Assembly: GCA_044356295.1 (NCBI GenBank)
Contig: JBIKWN010000002.1
Location: forward strand, 74,763 to 138,762
Origin: Bdellovibrionota bacterium
GTDB lineage: Bacteria > Bdellovibrionota_C > UBA2361 > JBIKWN01
DNA length: 64,000 nt
Direction of reading: 5' to 3'
The first letter of the stretch is position 1. Every line of letters begins with the position of its first letter. Below, piece after piece: positions 10,444 to 24,374 of the stretch. Both the position numbers and the translations under genes were made by a program. The notes under the pieces were generated by a model. It did not search any database. It was given only the letters and a program-made list of their open reading frames with translations, and was not told the origin of the DNA.

Positions 10444-11796
10444 ATGGTCAATATAGAAATTGAAATCTGGAATGCCACTCCAGAAGTTGTTCAACATGCT
10501 ATCGTTAGAATTGCCGAAGAACTTTCAGCAACGTGTCAAGTTCTTGCTAGTGAGCGAGAAATACAAACAAGACTAAGTCAACAGATAGAAGTTCTCAAAA
10601 AACAAAATCAGCAGGTAATTAATCTAACGAAGACGCTCCAAGAAGTAATTAAAAAAAATCAGTCTCCAAAACAAGAAAAAAATAAACAGGTAGTCTTAGT
10701 ATCAGACTATCCACCTCCTCGTCTTGCAAAGATTGCATATGGTCTGACACAGGCTGGTTGGGAGGTTATACTTCTTTATAAAGACAAACTTGAATACGAT
10801 ATATCTTTTTTTTCAGCTATATACCAGTATACAACAGCCGAAGAAGCCGTTCTTCTCGCCTCACTGTTTAGTCCAGTGACCTATCATGTCTTTTCAAGCT
10901 GGAATTACGATACAGCTATTCGATTAATCGACGCAAAGATTGGGAAAATTACTTTTGACAATTACGACCAATTTGGCGGTATGATGCTGTCTAAATGGGA
11001 ACAAATTGAGCACTATCAAAATTTAACCAAAGAAGAGAAGTATTGCATCGAAAATGCTGATGCAATTTGTAACCGAGCACTGAGTCTTCAAGTTGCAAAG
11101 AGACAACTAAATTATAAACTGACTAAACCCCGGATTTTCTTTCCTGACTACTGTTGGGATAAAAGCTTCACACTAAAACCGAAATTAACCGACGGAATAC
11201 ATGTAGTCTTTCCAGGTAATTTTTCTACTGAACAATTCCATGCTTCGCCAAGTCTTAGTATTTTTGATAAAGAATTTATTGAAAGTCTTTCGGCGAGAAA
11301 AATTCACTACCATATTTATCCATCTTTAGTCACAAATAATGAGGTAGAATTTCAAGAAAGATATAAAGACTTTATAGAATTGAGTAATACAAATAAATTT
11401 TTCCATTTTCACCATTACATTCCACCTGAAGAGTTAATATCAGAAATATCCCAATATCATGTTGGCATAACATCGCGGTCTAAGATTTCTTGCGAACGAG
11501 GGGATACATTCAATAACCCTTCAGCTATGAAGTATTTTTGTTCAAACAAAGCTTTTGATTTCCTAGATGCTGGATTAGATGTTATTTTTGGTGGCTCTCA
11601 GTTAATGGAATGGTTACTTAAGCGAAGCGCAGGTTGTCATGGAGCGCTATCAGAAGATATAGGACCAATTCTAGAACAAAAGACGGTCGATGATTATAAG
11701 AGTGAAGGATTTGAGAAACAGATTTCCGATGGTCGAAAAAAACTATCAATTTCACGACATATTCCCCGCTTAATTTCATTTTATGAATCAATTTAG
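10444..11796 (+). CDS. Putative GT-B (GT4-like) glycosyltransferase, copy 3
   Basis: Paralog of 3981-5381 (GKITFDNYDQFGGM, EKYC.ENA..ICNRALSLQ, NKAFDFLDAGL). Confidence 0.6.
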   Translation: MVNIEIEIWNATPEVVQHAIVRIAEELSATCQVLASEREIQTRLSQQIEVLKKQNQQVINLTKTLQEVIKKNQSPKQEKNKQVVLVSDYPPPRLAKIAYGLTQAGWEVILLYKDKLEYDISFFSAIYQYTTAEEAVLLASLFSPVTYHVFSSWNYDTAIRLIDAKIGKITFDNYDQFGGMMLSKWEQIEHYQNLTKEEKYCIENADAICNRALSLQVAKRQLNYKLTKPRIFFPDYCWDKSFTLKPKLTDGIHVVFPGNFSTEQFHASPSLSIFDKEFIESLSARKIHYHIYPSLVTNNEVEFQERYKDFIELSNTNKFFHFHHYIPPEELISEISQYHVGITSRSKISCERGDTFNNPSAMKYFCSNKAFDFLDAGLDVIFGGSQLMEWLLKRSAGCHGALSEDIGPILEQKTVDDYKSEGFEKQISDGRKKLSISRHIPRLISFYESI

Positions 11797-11843
11797 TCAA
11801 TTTAATTCATTTTCTAGAATAACGAAAAGTGTAACGATACAGC

Positions 11844-12509
11844 ATGGCTGAAATAAATCTACTAGATCTCTATCCTCGTTCCAAACGCCCAATCGAAGAG
11901 CGTGGTCAACAAATTACAGAAACCCATCGTGATATAGCTCGAAAGTTTGGAGTAGAATATTTTGATGGAGACCGGCTCACAGGTTACGGTGGATACAAGT
12001 ATCATCCTCGATTCTGGCAGGATACTGTTAAGCGATTCAGAGACTACTATAATTTACAACCTAATGCTCGAGTGCTTGATATTGGCTGTGCTAAAGGCTT
12101 TATGCTGCATGATTTTAAAGAACTCATGCCCGATCTTGATATAACCGGAATTGATATTTCAGATTATGCTTATCAAAACTCACTTGAAAGTGTGCGTCCT
12201 TATTTACAAGTTGGAAATGCTACTTCTTTACCGTTTGCCGACAACTCCTTTGATTTAGTAATTTGCATTAACACTGTTCACAATCTACCTCTTGAACAAT
12301 GCAAAACTGCCTTGCGTGAAATTCAAAGAGTTACAAAAAATAATTCCTTTGTAACGATGGATGCATGGCGAAACGATCAAGAAAAACTATCACTCATGAA
12401 ATGGAACCTTACTGCACTCACCTATATGCATGTCGATGAGTGGAAGAAGTTATTTAAAGATATTGGATATGAGGGTGATTACTACTGGTTTATTGCTGAA
12501 TCAGCGTAA
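11844..12509 (+). CDS. Class I SAM-dependent methyltransferase (paralog MT2)
   Basis: VLDIGCAKG, LPFADNSFDLV; shares the MAEINL start and the GY.GDYYWF end with MT1. Confidence 0.9.
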   Translation: MAEINLLDLYPRSKRPIEERGQQITETHRDIARKFGVEYFDGDRLTGYGGYKYHPRFWQDTVKRFRDYYNLQPNARVLDIGCAKGFMLHDFKELMPDLDITGIDISDYAYQNSLESVRPYLQVGNATSLPFADNSFDLVICINTVHNLPLEQCKTALREIQRVTKNNSFVTMDAWRNDQEKLSLMKWNLTALTYMHVDEWKKLFKDIGYEGDYYWFIAESA

Positions 12510-12529
12510 CCTATCTCTTTCCATAAAAC

Positions 12530-13918
12530 TTAAAAAATCTTGCCTGGATTCAAAATCCCCTTAGGATCAAATGCACTCTTAATTTGCCTCATCAAAGAAA
12601 TTTCATGTTGCGTTCTTGACATCATTAAGTATGGCTTTCGAAGCAGTCCAATACCATGCTCCGCCGAAATACTTCCGCCGAATTTAGAAACAAGCGAAAA
12701 TACTTTTTCATCAGCTTGTTGACATAGCGTATGAAATGCCTCGAGTGACATAGTATTCGGTTTAATAAGTGAAACGTGCAAATTTCCATCACCTATATGA
12801 CCAAAATAGAATGCAGTACACTCTTGAAAATAACAGCTTAAAAGTAACCGAATTTCATAAATTAACCCTGCAAATAATTGTACTGGACCAGAAATATCAT
12901 ACTTATGTGGAAAGAAATTTGCTCGTATTGATTCTGAGATAGCATCTCGATATTCATACAAATCAGAGACATGCTTTACACTCTCAGCAATTACAACATC
13001 CTGTAAAATGCCTACCTCTAAACTTTCAGAAAAAACATCCTGTGCTTTATCTTTTTGAATAACATCCGTGGCTTCGAAGTCAATCAAGCAATAATGAGGA
13101 TATGATTTTGAAAATGGTTCTCTTTTCTTTTTATGTTTAATGACTACCTGCATTGAAGCATCATCAATATACTCAAATACATTAATTGGAATCCCTTTTT
13201 TATTAAACGCAGCAAGAATTCCAAAAAATCTCTCACTTTGGTTGGCAGCAATTAAAGCAACTACTGACTCTTTAGGTTTTGGTCGAAGTCGAACAGTAAC
13301 TTCCACAATGACGCCAAGTGTACCCTCTGAACCAATAAATAAGTGCCTAAAATCGTAACCTGTTTGGTTCTTTATCAGCTCGCCGTTTAATGAGAGTACT
13401 TCACCATTTGCCAGTACAACCTTTAATCCAACTATCCAATCACGCGTTACTCCATGTCGGATTACTCGGATACCTCCTGCGTTGGTGGCAGCATTTCCTC
13501 CTATCTGACTTGAACCTTTACTTGCTATATCAACGCCAAAAAAAAGACCTTCCAGTTCGGCTTTTTTTTGTATTGATTCTGTTGTTACGCCTGCTTGGCA
13601 GGTAAGAAGTGAGGACTCCTCAGAAAAAGATAAGATCTTATTCATACGAGACAAAGACAGTATAACTTCTTTGTTGGTAGCGGTTGCTCCACCGCTGTAT
13701 CCTGTTCTCCCACCTGACGGGACAACTGGTATGCCACGTTCATTACAGGCAGCTAAAACTTTAGAAACTTCTTCAATCGTTTGCGGAAAAATGACTACTG
13801 ATGGATTCGCGACAAACTCTTTACATGCATCTTGCCCATAATACAGTAAATCTGTTGGTTCAAATGAAATAGAATCTAAAGGCAATAGCTGTTGTAAGAA
13901 AGTCAAATCAGTATTCAT
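12530..13918 (-). CDS. FAD-linked oxidase (D-2-hydroxyacid dehydrogenase/GlcD family)
   Basis: SGGRTGYSGG, IGGNAATNAGG, GSEGTLG, GHIGDGNLH, SAEHGIG and FDPKGILNPGK. Confidence 0.9.
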   Translation of the reverse strand: MNTDLTFLQQLLPLDSISFEPTDLLYYGQDACKEFVANPSVVIFPQTIEEVSKVLAACNERGIPVVPSGGRTGYSGGATATNKEVILSLSRMNKILSFSEESSLLTCQAGVTTESIQKKAELEGLFFGVDIASKGSSQIGGNAATNAGGIRVIRHGVTRDWIVGLKVVLANGEVLSLNGELIKNQTGYDFRHLFIGSEGTLGVIVEVTVRLRPKPKESVVALIAANQSERFFGILAAFNKKGIPINVFEYIDDASMQVVIKHKKKREPFSKSYPHYCLIDFEATDVIQKDKAQDVFSESLEVGILQDVVIAESVKHVSDLYEYRDAISESIRANFFPHKYDISGPVQLFAGLIYEIRLLLSCYFQECTAFYFGHIGDGNLHVSLIKPNTMSLEAFHTLCQQADEKVFSLVSKFGGSISAEHGIGLLRKPYLMMSRTQHEISLMRQIKSAFDPKGILNPGKIF

Positions 13919-13996
13919 AATTCATACATCTGCGATCTATAATAAAAGAAGCTTCGCTTATGTTATATCTTCTCAATAGAAGATTAGAAGATATGA

Positions 13997-14659
13997 TTAT
14001 ACCAAATACTGCGTTGGATCCTTGATATGAGCCAATTGAAAAGCCTCTTTCCGTTCAACACACGTACCACACTGTCCACAATGAACTTCACCACCCTCAT
14101 AGCAACTCCAAGTAATCTTATATGGTACCGAAAGTTTAGTGCCACATTCGACGATTTTGCTCTTGGTCTGACTATCAAAAGGAGAGATAAGCTCAATAGA
14201 TTCCCAATCGCATAACTTAAATGCGTCTCTCATTGCTTGTATAAAAGAAATTCTGCAATCTGGATAAAGTGTGTGATCACCTGCGTGAGCTGCGTATGCA
14301 ATATTTTGAGCCTTTAAAGAAACTGCAAGTGCACCCGCGAGTGATAAGAATACCATATTTCTATTTGGAACCACGGTGCTTTTCATAGATTCATCAGTAT
14401 AATGTCCATGTGGAATCACCTTATCAAGTGATGTTAACGAACTACCAGAGAACAACGAAGCGACACTCGATATATCAGCTATGTGATGTTTAATATCAAA
14501 ATATGTAGCAATTTCTTGTGAAGCTATAATTTCTTTCTTATGTCTTTGACCATACAAAATTGAAAGCGCGGTAACTTCATGACCCTGTGATTTCAACAAT
14601 CCAACTAACGTTGTCGAATCGAGTCCACCACTTAGTAGAACTATTGTTTTCTGACTCAT
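13997..14659 (-). CDS. queC: 7-cyano-7-deazaguanine synthase
   Basis: SGGLDS, YGQRH, VPNRN, YPDCR, TWSCY and CGQCGTC zinc motif. Confidence 0.95.
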   Translation of the reverse strand: MSQKTIVLLSGGLDSTTLVGLLKSQGHEVTALSILYGQRHKKEIIASQEIATYFDIKHHIADISSVASLFSGSSLTSLDKVIPHGHYTDESMKSTVVPNRNMVFLSLAGALAVSLKAQNIAYAAHAGDHTLYPDCRISFIQAMRDAFKLCDWESIELISPFDSQTKSKIVECGTKLSVPYKITWSCYEGGEVHCGQCGTCVERKEAFQLAHIKDPTQYLV

Positions 14660-14698
14660 CTTTATTTTTATTTATGAGTTTATAGCTTAAGAATTTTA

Positions 14699-14738
14699 TA
14701 AAAAAAAAGCCCTGATAATTGTTTCCAATTATCAGGGC
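14699..14738 (-). terminator. Intrinsic terminator of the rRNA operon
   Basis: Perfect stem gccctgataattg/caattatcagggc followed by a U-tract on the minus strand, just downstream of 5S. Confidence 0.85.
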
Positions 14739-14742
14739 AAAA

Positions 14743-14855
14743 ACCTGGCAACGACCTACTTTCCCGGGAGATCCCAGTATCATCGGCGCAGAAGAGCTTA
14801 ACTACCGTGTTCGGAATGGGAACGGGTGTGACCTCTTCGCGATAATCACCAGACT
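14743..14855 (-). rRNA. rrf: 5S rRNA
   Basis: Reverse complement of conserved 5S segments (gttcggaatgggaacgggtgtgacc, cctggcaacgacctact); ends approximate. Confidence 0.95.
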
Positions 14856-15247
14856 AAATAAGTTCGAAAACTGATTTAGTCAGATGACTTTCAATAACTA
14901 TTTACCAAACTCAGCTTCAAGCATGGGTCCAGGGCAAAGCCCTGGTTTGCAAGCGACTAGCGCAGCAAAGGGCCTGAGCGCCGAGCGGGCAATCCGGCTA
15001 TCGGTAGAAAATGTCTTGTCGATCGTAATTCGCGTTTCTTGAATCTTAATTCCCGAGCGCATCAAGAATCTTTTTATTAAAAAAGATTACAAATAATTCA
15101 CTCACAAATGTTTTGCTTCGAACGATTTAGAAGCAAAACCTTTTCTCTACGTCGATGCAACCCATCAAGATTGCAGACCTTGCAACGCTATCAATCACAA
15201 CAACCGAAGTTGTCACTTTATCAATCGCACAAATAAGAAAAGTAAAA

Positions 15248-18598
<3,351 letters not shown>

Positions 18599-18746
18599 TT
18601 TATATCTATGAGCTATTAAGCTGATCCTCTAATTTGGATAAATCCAAATTGAGTTCTCAACTCTTTGTTTCCTAAGAAACAAAGAAAATATTCGTAACGA
18701 TCATCACTTTCTTTTCAGACATAGTCTTAAAGAAAATATGATTCGC

Positions 18747-18875
18747 CTTGATGCGCTCGAGAATTTTGACTCAAGAAAAATTGCTGTATCGCCCTAAAAT
18801 TTAGAAGTCATCACACGACTAAATTTTCGATACAGAATTGTCTTAAAATTATTCTCGGACAAGACATCTTCTACC
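18747..18875 (-). other. 5' arm of the 23S precursor processing stem
   Basis: 18747-18777 is an imperfect inverted repeat of 15036-15066, and 18858-18875 of 15003-15020, bracketing the 23S. Confidence 0.7.
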
Positions 18876-18898
18876 CATAACCAAATTGTAAACGATCA
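18868..18898 (-). promoter_or_regulatory. Leader/spacer-shared rRNA motif (boxA-like antitermination or processing element)
   Basis: cttctacccataaccaaattgt (18868-18889) is repeated with one mismatch in the 16S leader (21108-21129); minus strand reads TGATCGTTTACAATTTGG. Confidence 0.5.
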
Positions 18899-19317
18899 CA
18901 ATTCCTACTTTTTAACTATGCAAACTTCACATAGCGAATAAATAGAAAAATCTTTTAAACTTTCGTAAAAAAGAAATTGATGAAATGCGATCATCGATAG
19001 AAGCCTCAACTAAGAAACATAGCAATTAACATTGGTAACAAAATAATTCTCTTTCAAGAACTACCTTGAGAGTTTATCCAATGTGCGTTGAATGATTTGA
19101 CTCATTCAACATCGAAATCTACGGCGGAAGCCGTAAACTCGAAAACTGTTTAAGGGTCTTAAACGTTATCAATATCGAACAAGTTATTAATCAGCCTTAC
19201 CTTGTTGCAAAATTGTGTATTTCTACACTGGAAAAACCAACCGATTTGATGGAAAGAGTATTACCCCACATCATCAATCTATCGCCTTTCGGCGTAGGTT
19301 TTTCATTTGCTCCATTA

Positions 19318-20837
<1,520 letters not shown>

Positions 20838-21336
20838 AATAATAATTGCTATGTATTCACATAAATTTTTTGAAACTGTCTTAATAATTGTTTCGTTCTT
20901 TCAAACGAAACGCTCGGATATTGATTATAAAGAAAATTGACTAAAGGGTTAACAAGAAAGAATAAATTCGATCTTGCCACCTTAGTTTAATTAACTTAAC
21001 GTTTAAACCGTCGAACGATTTCTCGTTCGGCTTGACTTGTATATGTTTAAAAACTCTTACGAATCTTCAAACAACTACTACATCGTCTTAAACAATCTTA
21101 GTTGTGACTTCTACCCATAACCGAATTGTGTCCCACTCTTAAAGTCCTTGCGAATTTTAAGACGAAAAAGCCATATCCAATAAATCAATTTGGCAATTGC
21201 CTAGCTGACTTTCGGTTCACCATTCCTCGAAGCTTTCACCAGAGGAGGACTAACTAGCTGTTTTCGTTGCTGTTTCTCGCAGCGAGGAAAGATTTTTTAA
21301 TTTCTTTCTTTTTGCGTAGCAACAAACGGGAGTCGA

Positions 21337-21406
21337 AGGTTACAGGATGCGGGGTGCTCGTGTCAACGATTGTGGGATCTTTTTTTTACATTTTTTTTAC
21401 ATTTTT
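21337..21406 (-). promoter_or_regulatory. Putative sigma70 rRNA promoter with A-rich UP element
   Basis: TTGACA (21366-21361), 18 nt, TAACCT (21342-21337); preceded by A-tracts AAAAATGTAAAAAAAATGTAAAAAAAA. Confidence 0.65.
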
Positions 21407-21652
21407 AAAATTTTCTCAGAAGTATTGATTTATAAGGGTTTTTGAGCTTTTTAGTGTAGAAAAGATTTTCTAGCCCCAGATGTGACTTGATACTCGTAAT
21501 ACCCATTCTTCAGTTCTTTTTATAAAGCTCTCTTTAGATTCAGGCTTCACCTTCTGTAGAATTTTTCAGATAAGCACAAAACATCCCTATCTAAAGTTAG
21601 AGTTATATTTGCTAATACATCCCGGGCGATTTTTTCTAGGAGCCTCCCCCGT

Positions 21653-22111
21653 TTGTACTGCTCTGCCCTATTTTTCGTATTGGTGGCAAAAAATAGTAAC
21701 TATCAAAGCTACGAAGCAGACGATGATTTAACACCTTCAATGAAAGATGCAATTTTAAAAAGTCTTCCGATAACTTATGAAATGCGAAAGGAGTTTGTAT
21801 TCGTCATACTCTCGCGAGTAAAAGAAATGATGCAGTCATACGAACGTATCGTCGTTTCGCAAGCGATGAGAAAATTAATCCATCGTGAGATATTTCTTAA
21901 GGAACTTGGTGTAGATATTTGTTTTGTCTTTTTAACTGCGCCTAATGAATTAATCGATGCGCGACTAGAGAATCGAGCCGTAGGAATTAGTAAAGAGTAC
22001 GCTGCCCTACTTCGTAAAGATTTTGATATTCCTCCTGAGGGTACCTTAACACTGCATAATGATAGTGATGATCTTAGAATTATTTCTCAGTTAAATTCTT
22101 TTTATAACTGA
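21653..22111 (+). pseudogene. Gluconokinase-like P-loop kinase, N-terminally truncated
   Basis: YEADDDLTPSMK...LPIT..MR and FVFLTAP..LIDARL..R resemble gluconokinase; no Walker A in frame; poor TTG start. Confidence 0.45.
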
Positions 22112-22169
22112 ATTGAATGATTCGCTTCTGGATGATTCAACATTAATTCAAAATCAGTTTAAGAAAAAA

Positions 22170-24056
22170 TTACTGAAGAAGCCTTAGGGCTAATGCAGGC
22201 TCTTGAGAAGCTTGTGCAAGAATAGCTGCTGCTGCTTGCTGAACTATACGTTTAGAAATCAGTGCTGATGACTCTTCTGCAACATCAACATCCATAATTC
22301 TTGATTCTGCTGCTTTATATTGTTCTCGAGATCCAGATAGATGGTTTAATGTTATTGAATACCTACTCATGAATGATCCAATAGATCCTAATTCGGATTG
22401 AATACGGGAAAATACTGAATCAATAACACTTAGTGAATTTAATGCGTCTTGTCTTGTATTTAAATTAAGCGTTGCCATGTCAGATGAGAACTGCTGATTT
22501 TGAGTTAGAGTGACAACGCGCCCTGTTCCAGTAGAGGTAAAAAGGATCTCCATTGATCCGTTATTATCTAAATCTCCTATAACTGGTGCGAAGGCTGTTC
22601 CGTTTCCAGTTGCATAACTAACTGCAGCTTTAAAAGTACCGTCACCATTGCCGATAAGAGCTTCAAAAACACCAGTACCAAAATAAGTGCTATATAAGTC
22701 CATGATACCGTCGCCGTTAAGGTCTCCACTGACGAGAGCTGTATAACCGTTAGAGCTGCCACTACTTATAGTTGCTCCGAATGTACCATTTCCATTTCCA
22801 AGACGTACCTTTATTCGATTAGACCCTGCTGCATCGAATCCAATTATATCCAAAATCCCATCGCCATTCATATCTGTGGCACTAACGCCTGTTACTTCGC
22901 CAGAACCAATATTGATAGTCGTTGGTGCAGCAAATGATCCATTCGTATTGGCATATAAAATTCCTAGGTTTCCTCCGCTTGAAAAGTTAACAAGTATATC
23001 AGCGCGACCATCACCGTTCATATCAGTAAGGTTAATCCCCATATTCCCGTTTACTCCGGTAAGAGTCCTTGTAGTAGCAGCTTGATAAGTTCCATTTCCA
23101 TTACCAAGTAAGACCGAAAATCCTGAAGCACTTGAACGCCAACTAACAAGGTCTTGAATTCCATCACCATTAATATCACCGGCAGTAACCCCTGAAAGAG
23201 CTCCGCCGCCAAATCCAGCTGCAACAGTAGAATTTACCGCGAATGAACCATCACCATTCCCTAACGCAACAGAAATTGTTCCACTTCCATTTCCTACGCC
23301 TATAAGATCGAGTTTTCCATCTCCGTTCAGATCTATCAGCTGTGATGGTGATGTGAATTCAGACCTATACGTAACTTCTACTCTGAATGTTCCATCTCCG
23401 TTTCCTAATCGAACAGCAGTCCCATTTTGAAATGAGTTTGTTCCATAAATTTGATCAAGATTTCCATCACCATTAAGGTCAGCTAACAGAATCCTATTAC
23501 CAGTCATAGATGTAGTGTATGTTTGATGAGAAGCAACCGATCCAGTACCAACAAATCTTCCAAGTTTATTCCCTAACTGCGAAGACAGAATCGCATCATT
23601 TCCTTTTCCTGCTTGAAGTGTTAACGAACGACTGGTGCCATCAAGTAAATTAATTCCATTAAATCTTGTGGAAGCTATGACTCGATTAAATTCATTTACA
23701 AGTGCGTCTGCTTCAGCATCCAGAGAGCGACGTTGACTTGTACCGTAAACTCCATTTGAAGATTGTATTGCAAGTTCACGTAATCGCATGGTTAGTCCAC
23801 TGACGGATTGCAATGCACCTTCTGCAATAGAGAGCATACTAATACCATCATTAACGTTACGAATAGCTTGAGTAAAAATTCTTGAATCAGTATTCAGTGA
23901 TGAAGCAATCGAAAGACCGGCAGCATCATCCGATGCGCGATTAATGCGCATACCACTTGATAAGCGGGTATAGATCGACTGCAGCGACTCATCCGCTTTC
24001 CCAAGGCTACGTTGTGCTTGCAACGCAGCTATGTTTGAACCTATCCGTATGCTCAA
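22170..24056 (-). CDS. fliC: Flagellin with seven FG-GAP repeats in the variable domain
   Basis: N-terminal SIRIGSNIAAL...RLSSGMRINRASDDAAGL and C-terminal AAESRIMDVDVAEE...ALRLLQ; the centre has seven D.NGDG..D-type repeats; TTG start with AAGGA SD. Confidence 0.9.
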   Translation of the reverse strand: MSIRIGSNIAALQAQRSLGKADESLQSIYTRLSSGMRINRASDDAAGLSIASSLNTDSRIFTQAIRNVNDGISMLSIAEGALQSVSGLTMRLRELAIQSSNGVYGTSQRRSLDAEADALVNEFNRVIASTRFNGINLLDGTSRSLTLQAGKGNDAILSSQLGNKLGRFVGTGSVASHQTYTTSMTGNRILLADLNGDGNLDQIYGTNSFQNGTAVRLGNGDGTFRVEVTYRSEFTSPSQLIDLNGDGKLDLIGVGNGSGTISVALGNGDGSFAVNSTVAAGFGGGALSGVTAGDINGDGIQDLVSWRSSASGFSVLLGNGNGTYQAATTRTLTGVNGNMGINLTDMNGDGRADILVNFSSGGNLGILYANTNGSFAAPTTINIGSGEVTGVSATDMNGDGILDIIGFDAAGSNRIKVRLGNGNGTFGATISSGSSNGYTALVSGDLNGDGIMDLYSTYFGTGVFEALIGNGDGTFKAAVSYATGNGTAFAPVIGDLDNNGSMEILFTSTGTGRVVTLTQNQQFSSDMATLNLNTRQDALNSLSVIDSVFSRIQSELGSIGSFMSRYSITLNHLSGSREQYKAAESRIMDVDVAEESSALISKRIVQQAAAAILAQASQEPALALRLLQ

Positions 24057-24060
24057 AACA

Positions 24061-24102
24061 TCATCCTTGTGACAAAGATCTTGCCCCTTAAAAAGGGTTC
24101 CT
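24061..24102 (-). promoter_or_regulatory. Putative CsrA site(s) overlapping the flagellin SD
   Basis: mRNA CACAAGGAUGA matches the CsrA consensus ACARGGAUG; a second GGA motif (GAGGAAC) lies upstream. Confidence 0.5.
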
Positions 24103-24114
24103 CATCATCTTCTT

Positions 24115-24142
24115 AGATCGACCTAAGATCGTATATTGTTTA
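24115..24142 (-). promoter_or_regulatory. Putative sigma28 (FliA) promoter
   Basis: TAAA-N16-GTCGATCT about 60 nt upstream of the flagellin start. Confidence 0.5.
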
Positions 24143-24374
24143 GAAAAATGAGCTGAATTTGTCCCTCGTTTAGAAAGTTGAAAAAAAATATTACGAAAAA
24201 TTCGCAAAAATAATTATTTTTCTTAGGGGAAAACTTAACATTCAATGTTTAAAACAAAAAAAATAATTACTTTGTTTTAAAGTTTTTTGTTGCAAGAAGT
24301 CTGAAATACTGAAATGAAAAATATAACTGTAACTGATAATGACTCTCTACTTTTCAGGATCTCTTACTCTGCTA

